From: Patescibacteria group bacterium
GTDB lineage: Bacteria; Patescibacteriota; Minisyncoccia; Phycocordibacterales; DATDWN01
Length of the DNA stretch: 64,000 nt
NCBI GenBank assembly: GCA_040384485.1
Contig: JAZKJH010000002.1
Location: forward strand, 86,235-150,234
Direction: 5' to 3'
Shown here one piece after another: positions 8,029 to 17,761 of the stretch. The position numbers and the translations under genes were made by a program. Under the pieces are notes generated by a model. That model was not told the DNA's origin. It saw only the letters and a list, made by a program, of their open reading frames with translations, and did no database searches. Positions within the stretch are counted from its first letter, which is position 1; each line of letters opens with the position of its first letter.

Positions 8029-9432
8029 TTAAATAGGTCTTATTTCTGGTCCACTATCGGTATCTTTTATTACAAATCCAAGACCCGCAACTTCAGTTCG
8101 TAGTCTGTCACTTTCTTCAAAGTTTTTGTTTTGTCTTGCATCCTCTCGCTTACTTACAAGGTCTAGTATATCTTTTGGAACTACATATATCTCAACTTTG
8201 TCTAGGTTTAGTCCTAGCACTTTATCAAAGTCCCACAACAGGTGATGCTTTTCAGAATCAGAAATATTTTCATTTTTGATAATATCCCACATAAGCGCCA
8301 ATGCTTTTGGGGTGTCTAAATCGTCATTAATGTATGATAAAAACTGTTCTTTATGTTCAGTTGCAGTAGCTGAAAGTGTGCTGACAGGTTCAGATTCCTC
8401 CTTAACTTTACTATTCAAATCAGATTTTATTTTTCTCAATCTTTTTAGAGCAGAGTCTGAACCTTCTAGAGATTCAAAACTGAACTGTAATGGGGAAGAA
8501 TACCTAGCAGAAAGGAATGTGTATCTCAAAGCAAGAGGGTCAATATGTTTCGATTGCAAAGTTTGCAAAGTTATAAAGTTTTCTCCTGATTTGGCCATTT
8601 TCTCCTCACCGATATTGTAGTGTGCGTTATGTAGCCAGTACTTTGCATATGGATACCCAGCACAAACCGCTTGAGCTATCTCGTTGTTGTGGTGAACTGG
8701 GATGTGGTCTATCCCGCCTGTGTGAATATCAAACTCTGGACCTAGGTATTTTACTGACATCGCAGAACACTCTATGTGCCAGCCAGGAAAACCTCTCCCG
8801 AAAGGAGCTTCGTAACCTAGTTCTGAATTAAACTTCCACAATGCAAAGTCTCGTTGATTTTTCTTTTCGTTGTTAACTCCTATTCTTGATTCAGCGTCAT
8901 CTATTTTTGGGATATTTCCAAGCTTGCCGTATTCAGGAAACTTTTCTGTATCAAAATATACTCCATCAGTTGTAGTGTAGGTAAAACCACCATCAGTGAG
9001 TTTAAGTATCATATTAATATCCTCCTGTATATTGTCAGAAGCAAAAGGGAAGTGCTCCGGAGTTCTTATATTCAAACTTTTCAAATCTTGTTTGAAGGCT
9101 TCAAAATAAAAGTTAGCAACTTCTCTCATTGCCTCAAGTGTTAGTGGCTTTCCTTCACGTTTTAAAGCCTTGGTCATTTTGTCTTCGCCGTCGTCTCCAT
9201 CAGAAGAAAGATGACCTATGTCAGTTACATTTACTACCTGGGTTACAGCTAGGTTATTGTATTCAAAAACTCTACGCAAAGTATCTGCAAAAATGTAACT
9301 TCGAAGATTTCCTATATGAGCATAGTTGTAAACCGTAGGACCACAGTTGTACATAGAAACCACCCCTGCCTTTAGTGGTTTAAAAATTTCTTTTTGTCCT
9401 GTAAGGGTGTTGTGTAGAAAAATATCTGACAT
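8029..9432 (-). CDS. cysS: cysteinyl-tRNA synthetase
   Basis: Class I synthetase. HIGH-type motif region MYNCGPTVYNYAHIGN, KMSKS-type motif KMAKSG. Start placed at MSDIFLHN (internal ATG of the 8029..9516 ORF). Confidence 0.9.
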   Translation of the reverse strand: MSDIFLHNTLTGQKEIFKPLKAGVVSMYNCGPTVYNYAHIGNLRSYIFADTLRRVFEYNNLAVTQVVNVTDIGHLSSDGDDGEDKMTKALKREGKPLTLEAMREVANFYFEAFKQDLKSLNIRTPEHFPFASDNIQEDINMILKLTDGGFTYTTTDGVYFDTEKFPEYGKLGNIPKIDDAESRIGVNNEKKNQRDFALWKFNSELGYEAPFGRGFPGWHIECSAMSVKYLGPEFDIHTGGIDHIPVHHNNEIAQAVCAGYPYAKYWLHNAHYNIGEEKMAKSGENFITLQTLQSKHIDPLALRYTFLSARYSSPLQFSFESLEGSDSALKRLRKIKSDLNSKVKEESEPVSTLSATATEHKEQFLSYINDDLDTPKALALMWDIIKNENISDSEKHHLLWDFDKVLGLNLDKVEIYVVPKDILDLVSKREDARQNKNFEESDRLRTEVAGLGFVIKDTDSGPEIRPI

Positions 9433-9518
9433 AAAATAAAGTATACAGTATGTAGTATGAAGTATAAAGTATGCTTTTCCTTTACCAAATAACTTTTTTT
9501 TGAGATAATTGTACACAT

Positions 9519-10736
9519 ATGAATGACTTTTTTAAATACAGAGCATATGTTTTTTCAGTTCTAATGGCCATAGGACTTGTATTTTTTGCTGGGTACTATA
9601 TAGGACAAGAGAATGAAAAAGAACAAGCAAAATTTTCTACAGTTCTAAACAAGGATGGCAGTGGGGAGATAGACTTTTCTGCTTTTTGGAAGGCATGGAG
9701 TATTTTGGACGAAAGGTATGTGGCAGTAGCTTCGACTACTGAAAAGGTAGACAACCAAGCTAGGGTATATGGTGCTATAGAAGGTATGGTAGCGTCTCTA
9801 GGCGATCCATACACAGTTTTCTTTCCCCCTGTTGAGTCAAAGATCTTTGAGGAGGAAATTAGTGGTAACTTTGGGGGCGTGGGAATGGAAGTGGGCATGA
9901 AAGACGAAATTCTTACTGTTATAGCACCTTTGAAAGATACACCTGCTTATAAAGCAGGTATAAAAGCTGGGGACAAAATAATTAAAATAGACGATGTAGT
10001 TACGGCGGGACTCAACACATCCGAAGCTATCAAAAAGATAAGAGGTGAGGTGGGCACTGCAGTTGTACTAACTTTAGCCAGAGAAGACGTTGAAGAAACA
10101 TTTGATATAAAAGTAGTTAGAGGTGTAATAAATATTCCAACCATCGATACAAAAATTAAAAATGATGTATTTGTTATAAGCCTATACAATTTTTCTGCTA
10201 TTTCTTCCAACGCATTTAGAGGAGCTCTTCGTGACTTTGTGGAGTCAGGTAAGCACAAAATGATTATAGACCTACGAGGAAACCCTGGTGGATATCTGGA
10301 AGCTGCAATAGACATGGCTTCATGGTTCTTGCCTCCAGGAAAAGTGGTTGTAAAAGAAGACTTTAAAAACGAGGCTGACGCCCAGTTGTTTAGAAGCAAG
10401 GGTTACAACATATTCAACGAAAATCTAAAACTCGTCGTATTGATCGATGAAGGCTCTGCTAGTGCATCAGAAATTCTAGCTGGAGCACTACAAGAACACG
10501 GTGTGGCAACTCTTGTAGGTCAAAAATCTTTTGGAAAGGGTTCTGTTCAGGAACTCATAGACATCACTGAGACCACTTCTTTAAAAGTTACTATTGCTCA
10601 ATGGCTAACACCAAACGGCAAATCTATTTCTAATGGTGGACTAACCCCAGACGTAGAGGTGGAGCTGGATGTGGAGAAGTTTAAAGAGGGTGTAGACACT
10701 CAACTTGAAAAAGCAATTGAAATTCTAAACAAATAA
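9519..10736 (+). CDS. ctpA: C-terminal processing peptidase (S41 family, PDZ domain)
   Basis: N-terminal TM, PDZ region, S41 catalytic region (…RGNPGGYL…), about 405 aa. Confidence 0.8.
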   Translation: MNDFFKYRAYVFSVLMAIGLVFFAGYYIGQENEKEQAKFSTVLNKDGSGEIDFSAFWKAWSILDERYVAVASTTEKVDNQARVYGAIEGMVASLGDPYTVFFPPVESKIFEEEISGNFGGVGMEVGMKDEILTVIAPLKDTPAYKAGIKAGDKIIKIDDVVTAGLNTSEAIKKIRGEVGTAVVLTLAREDVEETFDIKVVRGVINIPTIDTKIKNDVFVISLYNFSAISSNAFRGALRDFVESGKHKMIIDLRGNPGGYLEAAIDMASWFLPPGKVVVKEDFKNEADAQLFRSKGYNIFNENLKLVVLIDEGSASASEILAGALQEHGVATLVGQKSFGKGSVQELIDITETTSLKVTIAQWLTPNGKSISNGGLTPDVEVELDVEKFKEGVDTQLEKAIEILNK

Positions 10737-10822
10737 CTTATAAGAATCTGCGAAGTAGCATGTATTATCCGTAGACATTCGTAGGTTTGCATTATTTGTA
10801 TATTCGTATAATCTAAATATAT

Positions 10823-11266
10823 ATGAAAGTTATCTTACTTAAAGACGTTCCGAAGATAGGTAGAAAGTATGATGTTAAAAACGTGGCTGACGGTTACGCA
10901 GTAAATTTACTACTTCCTAGAGGATTGGCCAAAGTTGCAACCGCAGAAGCAGTAAAGCAACTAGAAGTCCTAAAGGCTCAAGACCTTACAGAAAAGAAAA
11001 TCCAGGAGGAGTTGCTCATAAAAAGCATGGCATTAGTAAAAGATGTGAAAGTGGTGGTAACAGAAAAAGCTAATGACAAGGGACATCTCTTTGCGGGGAT
11101 CACAAAAGAAAGACTTGCTGCTGAAGTTGAAAAAGTTTCTAGAATAAAACTTGATCCAGAATCTATCAAAATTGCCAAACCTATAAAAGAAGTGGGGGAA
11201 CATGTTATAGCTGTGGAAATCCAAGGAAAGAAGTCAGAATTTGCTTTGGAAATCAAATCTAACTAG
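10823..11266 (+). CDS. rplI: 50S ribosomal protein L9
   Basis: MKVILLKDVPKIGRKYDVKNVADGYAVNLLLPRGLA is canonical L9. The promoter TTTGCA-15-TATAAT ends 10 nt before the ATG and there is no SD. Confidence 0.9.
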   Translation: MKVILLKDVPKIGRKYDVKNVADGYAVNLLLPRGLAKVATAEAVKQLEVLKAQDLTEKKIQEELLIKSMALVKDVKVVVTEKANDKGHLFAGITKERLAAEVEKVSRIKLDPESIKIAKPIKEVGEHVIAVEIQGKKSEFALEIKSN

Positions 11267-11267
11267 T

Positions 11268-11337
11268 TGCGGTCATACGACCACTGTAACCGTGCGAAGC
11301 CGAGCAATGGTCGTATGACCGCTCGGCTTCGCAGGTT
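11268..11337. repeat. GC-rich 70-nt repeat element, copy 1 (interleaved inverted repeats A-B-A'-B')
   Basis: A ggtcatacgacc pairs with A' ggtcgtatgacc. B cgaagccgagc pairs with B' gctcggcttcg. About 90% identical to the second copy at 58293-58362. Confidence 0.6.
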
Positions 11338-11378
11338 GAAAAATATTTTCTTTTTGTTAATCTAGCAGGAGGAGGTTC

Positions 11379-11780
11379 TTGATGGGTTTTTTGATCTGGG
11401 CGACTTTGCTCACTACAATTTGGATAATCAGTGAATCAAGTGTGAGAGAGTCATACAGGGCACTCGTTGCTAACTGTGATGCTGCAGAGGCTTTCTATCA
11501 GTGGAGACAGAGAAACCAAGGTGTTTACATCGGACTTTCTCCAGAAGGAAGTTCTTTAGTTATTGAGCTTTTGGAAACATACGACGAGTACATGAGGACC
11601 CATTCCTTTTTGGAAGAGTTGGGACAGCGCGAGCTTTACCTCAGCTGGCTCAATGATTTTCCACCCCAAACACCCAAAACGATTCCGTTTAAAAAAAGAG
11701 CGACCAGGACGGCCGCTCTTTCTTTTTATTTATGCCACTATGTGGACTACTTTTTTGACGAGAGTTCTGTTGTTGAATGA
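11379..11780 (+). CDS. hypothetical protein (133 aa)
   Basis: Strong SD AGGAGG 8 nt upstream of the ATG. N-terminal hydrophobic segment. Its 3' end reads through a bidirectional terminator and overlaps the rpmA 3' end by about 50 nt. Confidence 0.45.
   Translation: MMGFLIWATLLTTIWIISESSVRESYRALVANCDAAEAFYQWRQRNQGVYIGLSPEGSSLVIELLETYDEYMRTHSFLEELGQRELYLSWLNDFPPQTPKTIPFKKRATRTAALSFYLCHYVDYFFDESSVVE
11690..11730. terminator. bidirectional intrinsic terminator (rpmA terminator)
   Basis: aaagagcg-accaggacggc-cgctcttt hairpin with A7 on the left and a T-rich run on the right. Confidence 0.65.
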
Positions 11781-12005
11781 AACTTTTCGTTTTGTTCCAA
11801 ACTTTACAACACCAGGAGTTAGAGCAAACAATGTGTGGTCCTTGCCCATACCTACGTTTCTTCCAGGAAGAACGTCTGTTCCTCTTTGTCGTATGATAAT
11901 AGAACCAGCTTTCGCTTTGTCTCCTTCTGTTATTTTGACGCCGAGATACTTAGGATTGGAATCTCGACCGTTTTTGGTGGTTCCGCCGGACTTTTTGGTT
12001 GCCAT
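11730..12005 (-). CDS. rpmA: 50S ribosomal protein L27
   Basis: [24 protein letters not shown]…RQRGT…GRDHTLFA is canonical L27 with a short C-terminal extension. Confidence 0.9.
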   Translation of the reverse strand: MATKKSGGTTKNGRDSNPKYLGVKITEGDKAKAGSIIIRQRGTDVLPGRNVGMGKDHTLFALTPGVVKFGTKRKVSFNNRTLVKKVVHIVA

Positions 12006-12046
12006 GGTGTGTTATAATTCTATGATATTGTTAAAATATAAGTCGT

Positions 12047-12505
12047 ATGAGTATAGAACAAACCGAAGAAAAAATCAACCCTATTGTAGAGCATAGCGCC
12101 TTTCAGGACAGTACCCACTCCTCAAACCCAGGTTTTCTGGCTAAAATCAACCCTTTTTACTCACTTTTGCTCATTTTGGTGGTTGCTAGTATTTTCTTTG
12201 CGTTGGGAAGGTTTTCAGTACTAGAGGAAAGAAAGGGTAGTATAAGGATATATAACGAAAATGGGTTACAGCAAATAAGTGACGAAAATACATCCGGAAA
12301 CACAGCCAGTGTAATTAATGCTGTAGGAAATCAGGAGTCATCGGGTGGGGAAGTGATTGGCTCAAAATCAGGGAAGAAATATTATTTTCCATGGTGTGGA
12401 ACAGTCAAAAGGATCAAACCAGAGAACCAAGTAAAATTTGCTTCAATTGAAGAGGCCAAACTTGCTGGGTTCACAGCGGGTGGAAACTGTAAGGGTCTAG
12501 AATAA
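12047..12505 (+). CDS. membrane-anchored protein with C-terminal Ada-like metal-binding domain
   Basis: One TM helix. C-terminus YYFPWCGTVKRIKPENQVKFASIEEAKLAGFTAGGNCKG resembles the Ada N-terminal Zn-binding domain. Confidence 0.5.
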   Translation: MSIEQTEEKINPIVEHSAFQDSTHSSNPGFLAKINPFYSLLLILVVASIFFALGRFSVLEERKGSIRIYNENGLQQISDENTSGNTASVINAVGNQESSGGEVIGSKSGKKYYFPWCGTVKRIKPENQVKFASIEEAKLAGFTAGGNCKGLE

Positions 12506-12539
12506 TCAACCAAGTTTTCCCCTTGGAAAAACTTCATTT

Positions 12540-13847
12540 TTGGTGTATTATTTTGCAATGTCAGTTACATCTCATTTGGTGAAGGGTAAGCGAATAAAAA
12601 ACTTTCTAACATCACTCAATCTCGGAACATTTCTAGCCTTTAGGCAGGTAAAGCGAAGTAGTGTTGGTACCACAGCACTCATTGTTTTTGTTATGATGCT
12701 TACTTTTTTGAATCTAGTTGTTGTACGAGGAGTTTTGGTAGGACTTATTCAGAGCTCGACTGATTTGTACAGAGAAAAATATTCTGGAGATGTTATTGTT
12801 TCTAACCTTCCTAAAAAGTCATACATCGAAAACAGCCCTTCAATAATAGAGATTGTTAAAAACTTACCATGGGTAGAGACTTACTCACCCCGATACCTAG
12901 AATCCGGAAAAATAGAAGGAACATACAAAGAGAGAATAGACTATACCGAGGATGCTAACTTAGCCAACGCTGCCTTCACAGGTATCGATGTTAACCTCGA
13001 AGAATCAGCCACTGGAATATCTGAAATGTTGATAGAGGGCGAAATGCTAACTCCTGAAGATACAGACAGCATCTTGCTAGGAGCTAACCTAATGAAAAAA
13101 TATTTAGACATAGAGGCTCCAGGACTTTTACTTCTTGAAAATGTACAAGTGGGAGATGTTGTCCGAATAACTGTAAACGGGAATACGAAAGAAATGTTTA
13201 TAAAAGGCATCATAAAAGCAAAAGGAGCTTTTGACGACAGAGTGGTCATGCTCGATTCAACTCTGCGAACACTCATCGGCAGAAACGACTACAACGTCGA
13301 CGAAATAGCCATTCAAATAACACCCAACGCTGATCCAGTAATGGTAAAACAAGCTTTGTTGTCTAGTGGAGTAGGTGAAACTGCCAGAGTTCAAACATTT
13401 GATGAAGCTTTGCCGAAGTTTCTAAAAGATATGCAGGCAACGTTTGGAATGTTGGGGGACGCGATAGGTTCTATCGGTTTAGTGGTGGCCTCTATCACTA
13501 TATTTATCGTGGTTTACATCAACGCCATCACTCGTAGAAAATTTATTGGAATAATGAAAGGTATTGGAATCGATTCTGTTGCGATCGAGTTTTCATATAT
13601 TTTGCAATCTATTTTCTATGCATTAATGGGAGTTATGATCGGTATGGCTCTTTTATATGGACTACTCGTTCCATACTTTATTGCCAACCCAATCAACTTT
13701 CCTTTCAGTGATGGTGTGCTTATTGCAGAACTAGATGGAACGATAATGCGAGCCGGTTTGCTACTAATAGCTACAATATTTGCTGGATATATTCCTGCCA
13801 GGTTGGTAGTAAAGCAAAACACATTGGACGCGATACTTGGAAGGTAG
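12540..13847 (+). CDS. ABC transporter permease (FtsX/MacB-like)
   Basis: N-terminal TM, large extracytoplasmic domain, C-terminal three-TM FtsX-like region. Confidence 0.8.
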   Translation: MVYYFAMSVTSHLVKGKRIKNFLTSLNLGTFLAFRQVKRSSVGTTALIVFVMMLTFLNLVVVRGVLVGLIQSSTDLYREKYSGDVIVSNLPKKSYIENSPSIIEIVKNLPWVETYSPRYLESGKIEGTYKERIDYTEDANLANAAFTGIDVNLEESATGISEMLIEGEMLTPEDTDSILLGANLMKKYLDIEAPGLLLLENVQVGDVVRITVNGNTKEMFIKGIIKAKGAFDDRVVMLDSTLRTLIGRNDYNVDEIAIQITPNADPVMVKQALLSSGVGETARVQTFDEALPKFLKDMQATFGMLGDAIGSIGLVVASITIFIVVYINAITRRKFIGIMKGIGIDSVAIEFSYILQSIFYALMGVMIGMALLYGLLVPYFIANPINFPFSDGVLIAELDGTIMRAGLLLIATIFAGYIPARLVVKQNTLDAILGR

Positions 13848-13861
13848 ATACAAATACAAAA

Positions 13862-14566
13862 ATGCAAAAGGATAAAGAAAACAAAATAATAGAAGTTAGA
13901 AACCTGGTGAAGTCTTTCAAAAGTGGAGAATCAGAACTTGTCGTACTAAAAGGCTTGGAGTTGTCAGTGCCTAGAGGTCAGTTTCTTTCTATCACTGGAC
14001 GATCTGGTTCTGGTAAATCAACTTTGCTGTACCAGCTAGGACTTTTGGACAAACCCAACTCGGGAGAAATAATAATCGATGGTACAGATGTTTCAAATCT
14101 TTCGAAAGAGGAGTCAACAAAGTTCAGACTAAACAAACTCGGATATGTTTTCCAGGATTATGCTTTGATTCCTGAACTAACAGCTTTGGAAAATGTTTTG
14201 ATACCACTACTTATGCAAGGTCTGAGTAAGGAGCAAGCTCATAAAAAAGCTGTTGCTTCTATGACCAAGATTGGTTTAGGTGACCGACTAAACAATGTTC
14301 CCAGTCAGCTTTCTGGAGGACAGCAACAACGAGTTTCTATTGCAAGAGCCATAGCTCACGACCCAGATATCATTTTTGCAGACGAACCTACTGCTAACCT
14401 TGATACCGAAACATCTGACAGTGTATTACAAGCGTTCATCGACTTGAACAAGCAAGGACAAACGATAGTGATGGTTACCCACGAAAAAGAGTATTCGGAT
14501 CTGACAGACAGAGTGGTTCAACTCTCAGACGGTAAAATAATTTCTGATATAATTAATAAAAAATAA
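13862..14566 (+). CDS. ABC transporter ATP-binding protein (MacB/LolD-like)
   Basis: Walker A GRSGSGKST, signature LSGGQQQRVSIARA, Walker B IIFADEPT. Confidence 0.9.
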   Translation: MQKDKENKIIEVRNLVKSFKSGESELVVLKGLELSVPRGQFLSITGRSGSGKSTLLYQLGLLDKPNSGEIIIDGTDVSNLSKEESTKFRLNKLGYVFQDYALIPELTALENVLIPLLMQGLSKEQAHKKAVASMTKIGLGDRLNNVPSQLSGGQQQRVSIARAIAHDPDIIFADEPTANLDTETSDSVLQAFIDLNKQGQTIVMVTHEKEYSDLTDRVVQLSDGKIISDIINKK

Positions 14567-14567
14567 T

Positions 14568-16118
14568 ATGAAAAAACACGCAAACACAGCACTAAGTTTT
14601 ATAAAATCACACTACATACTTTTCGGTATCGGAGCGCTAGTAGTAGCAGGTATCGCATATTCTGCATCTGGGGGTAACGGGATAAAAGCAGAGTTGTATA
14701 CCGTTAAAACCGCAGATGTTATTCAAAAAGTTATTGTAAATGGAAAAACAAAACCTGTTGACTCAGTTGAGCTGGCCTTTGAAGCTAACGGAACTGTTCG
14801 GAGTGTTTCAGTAAATGTAGGCAGTAGAGTTGTAGCCGGACAAGTTTTGGTCACTTTGGACCAAAGCCGAGTATACGCAGACCTTTTGAAGGCGCAAGCA
14901 AACGTGGCTAGTGAAAATGCCAGACTAGATGAAATCAAAACGGGTACGCGACCAGAAGAGATTCAGATAGCTAAAACTGAAGTAACAAACGCAGAACTTT
15001 TGCTTAGTGACGCAAGAAACAATATATCTACAAAACTAACTGATGCGTACAGTAAATCTGACGATGCTGTAAAAAATATTGCCGATCAGTTTTTCAGCAA
15101 TCCACGGAGTGATAGTCCACAGTTTAACTTGTCTACTCCTAGAGCTGGTCTAAAAGAAGAGCTGAATGTTGGAAGAGTCCAGATGGGGAATCTATTGGAT
15201 GTTTGGGCAAATGTTTCGACCGACACTTCTGCAGTTGCTGTTGCAAAGGCAGAACAGAACTTGTTGGCTGTAAGTAGCTTTATGGACAAAATCGCAGAAG
15301 CAATCAACTCTCAAACAGAATCAAATAACCTTTCTCAGGCAACTATTACTTCATACAAAACTTCAGTAGCTACAACCAGAAGTTCACTCAATTCAACATT
15401 GGGAGCAATTGTTACTGCGAAGGAAAAACTAAATGCAGCTCAATCAGCTCTGACTGTTGCACAGAACAATTTATCACTAAAAGAAAATGGCAGTACTCCA
15501 CAAGCTGTTAAAGCTCAAGAGGCGAAAGTTCTCCAGGCTATTGCTGATGTAGAATACAAAAAAACAGAAATAGCTAAAATGACTTTGCGTTCACCACAAA
15601 GTGGGATAGTAACAATAAGAGACGTTAGCCCAGGGGAAATAGTGAGTGCGGGGAAACCAGTTATTTCGGTTATATCAGACAATAACCTAGAACTAGAATC
15701 CAATGTATCAGAAATAAGTATTGCAAAAGTATCTGTGGGGGACAAAGTAGCAGTTTCCTTCGACGCATTTCCTGGAGAGCTATTTTCTGGAACTGTCACA
15801 TATATAGAACCAGCAGAGACAATAATAGACGGAGTTGTTAACTACAAAGTAACCGTGGCATTTAGTGAAAAGTATCCACAAATGAAAAGTGGACTTACAT
15901 CAAAACTTGAAATTATAACTGAAGAAAAAGCAGGGGTGTTGGTGGTTCCACAATACTCAGTAATCACTGAAGGAGAAGAAACTTTTGTTCTAAAGCAGTC
16001 TGGAGAAGAATTTGTGAAAACAAAAGTTATGCTTGGACTTAAAGGTCAGGACGGCACAGTAGAAGTTTTGTCTGGACTAGCTGCTGGGGATGTGATAAAT
16101 ATGTCTGTATCAAAGTAA
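14568..16118 (+). CDS. HlyD/MacA-family periplasmic adaptor
   Basis: N-terminal TM, long coiled coil, beta-barrel/lipoyl-like C-terminal regions. Sits directly after the ABC pair. Confidence 0.75.
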   Translation: MKKHANTALSFIKSHYILFGIGALVVAGIAYSASGGNGIKAELYTVKTADVIQKVIVNGKTKPVDSVELAFEANGTVRSVSVNVGSRVVAGQVLVTLDQSRVYADLLKAQANVASENARLDEIKTGTRPEEIQIAKTEVTNAELLLSDARNNISTKLTDAYSKSDDAVKNIADQFFSNPRSDSPQFNLSTPRAGLKEELNVGRVQMGNLLDVWANVSTDTSAVAVAKAEQNLLAVSSFMDKIAEAINSQTESNNLSQATITSYKTSVATTRSSLNSTLGAIVTAKEKLNAAQSALTVAQNNLSLKENGSTPQAVKAQEAKVLQAIADVEYKKTEIAKMTLRSPQSGIVTIRDVSPGEIVSAGKPVISVISDNNLELESNVSEISIAKVSVGDKVAVSFDAFPGELFSGTVTYIEPAETIIDGVVNYKVTVAFSEKYPQMKSGLTSKLEIITEEKAGVLVVPQYSVITEGEETFVLKQSGEEFVKTKVMLGLKGQDGTVEVLSGLAAGDVINMSVSK

Positions 16119-16120
16119 CT

Positions 16121-17011
16121 ATGAATGATATTAGTCACACAATATTACTGTTTTACAAATATGTAAAAATCGAAGACCCTGTTCAGCTACGAAACGAACA
16201 GCGTCTTTTGTGTGAGCGGTTAGGTTTAAAAGGACGAATCATCATTGCAGAGGAAGGGATCAACGTAACTGTTGAGGGAACTACAAAAAATACAGAAAAG
16301 TATCTAGAAGTGTATTTGGCGGACCCTCGGTTTTCTGACACACATATAAAAAGAAGCGTTGGAAACGGAAAGTCTTTTCCGAAACTTTCTGTAAGAGTAC
16401 GAAAGGAAATAGTCTCATTGCATTTGGAAAATGATATTAATCCAAACGAAATAACTGGAACTCATTTGAAGCCAGAAGAACTCAAGAAATGGTACGAAGA
16501 GGGAAAGGAGTTTTACATTATTGATATGCGCAACGACTATGAGTTCAATGTAGGCAGGTTCAAGGACTCTATACTTATGCCAGTGCAAAACTTCCGAGAC
16601 ATCCCGAGCGCTTTGTCGCACATCGAACATTTAAAAGGAAAGACTGTGGTCCCTGTATGTACAGGAGGGGTAAGATGTGAAAAGGCATCAGGATTGTTGG
16701 TACGCGAAGGTTTTAAAGATGTTTATCAGTTGGACGGAGGGATAGTTACATATATGGAACAGTTTCCAGCAAGTGAGTTCGAAGGATCCCTTTATGTTTT
16801 TGATAAAAGAATTTTAATGCATTTTGACCCTGCTGATAAACACAAAGTTGTTGGAGTGTGTGAAAAGTGTCAGGATAAGAGCGAAAGATATGTAAATTGT
16901 AAGTACCCACGATGCAACAAGCACTTTATTTGTTGCGAATCATGCAGTGAAGAAGACGGGAGGTCGTTTTGTTGCCTTAAATGCAGAGACTCAGTTTTAA
17001 GTCCTAAATAA
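16121..17011 (+). CDS. trhO: rhodanese-domain protein, TrhO/YceA-like tRNA U34 hydroxylase family
   Basis: N-terminus LLFYKYVKIEDP…GRIIIAEEGINVT. Rhodanese active-site CTGGVRCEK. C-terminal Cys-rich tail. Confidence 0.75.
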   Translation: MNDISHTILLFYKYVKIEDPVQLRNEQRLLCERLGLKGRIIIAEEGINVTVEGTTKNTEKYLEVYLADPRFSDTHIKRSVGNGKSFPKLSVRVRKEIVSLHLENDINPNEITGTHLKPEELKKWYEEGKEFYIIDMRNDYEFNVGRFKDSILMPVQNFRDIPSALSHIEHLKGKTVVPVCTGGVRCEKASGLLVREGFKDVYQLDGGIVTYMEQFPASEFEGSLYVFDKRILMHFDPADKHKVVGVCEKCQDKSERYVNCKYPRCNKHFICCESCSEEDGRSFCCLKCRDSVLSPK

Positions 17012-17083
17012 CTCTTGTTTGTTTCATCCCTTGAATTATTTTGTATAAAATGTAGTATTAGTGGCAGAAAGGAGGTCATAAAA

Positions 17084-17332
17084 ATGGCCAATCACAGCCC
17101 AAACACAAGTGAGTATTCCAAGCCCCACGAAAGTGAAGGTGAACCCAAAACACATGTTGACCAATATCACTATGATGAAAGTGGAAAACATGACACCCGG
17201 CTTGATAACGACCACATCACTGATCCGGGACCAGTTCAGATGGGACAGGAAACTTACGAGTGGCACCAAAGTCAAAAAGACGATGATGACGATGATGCTG
17301 ACTCGGATGATGGAAGTAGTTCAGGAAAGTAA
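17084..17332 (+). CDS. small acidic, likely disordered protein (82 aa)
   Basis: SD GGAGGT 7 nt before the ATG. Poly-Asp tract. Followed by a strong terminator. Confidence 0.45.
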   Translation: MANHSPNTSEYSKPHESEGEPKTHVDQYHYDESGKHDTRLDNDHITDPGPVQMGQETYEWHQSQKDDDDDDADSDDGSSSGK

Positions 17333-17333
17333 A

Positions 17334-17372
17334 TCAAAAGGATTAAGGTGAAGACACCTTAATCCTTTTTTG
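17334..17372. terminator. bidirectional intrinsic terminator
   Basis: ggattaaggtg-aagaca-caccttaatcc with an A-run upstream and T6 downstream. Confidence 0.7.
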
Positions 17373-17394
17373 ATATGCCTTCTTTTTGTAGTTA

Positions 17395-17646
17395 CTATAG
17401 ATGCTTAGATATTTCAGTTTTTAGCTTTTCCTTTGTGACATCACTAAAAAGCACATTGATTAGTTGTTCTTCATCCTTTACATCTTCATTACCTCCTGTA
17501 AAAGTAACTCCACAATTTGTAACGATTGTTTGTAGGGTGTTCAAATCAGCTGACTCCAAAAAACTCAAAACAGGTACAAGTTCATCTTTTGTCCAATCCT
17601 GCCTAAAAGCATCGATATTATAGTATTTACTTTTGAATTCTTCCAT
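17395..17646 (-). CDS. hypothetical small protein (83 aa)
   Basis: ORF with plausible codon usage. No recognisable domain. Confidence 0.4.
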   Translation of the reverse strand: MEEFKSKYYNIDAFRQDWTKDELVPVLSFLESADLNTLQTIVTNCGVTFTGGNEDVKDEEQLINVLFSDVTKEKLKTEISKHL

Positions 17647-17761
17647 GTGTAGTTTTGTTAGCTTATAATCGATTAAATATTATCACACTTTTGTGGTTGA
17701 GTGTATTGCTATTAATTTAGATATCTAGATTATAAAAAATAAGCGAGTTGAGTTAACTCGC

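Noticed and set aside
9433-9516. 28-aa N-terminal extension of cysS (MYNYLKKKLFGKGKAYFILHTTYCILYF)
   Set aside because: It is hydrophobic and low-complexity and is not part of conserved CysRS. The internal MSDIFLHN start gives a normal CysRS N-terminus.
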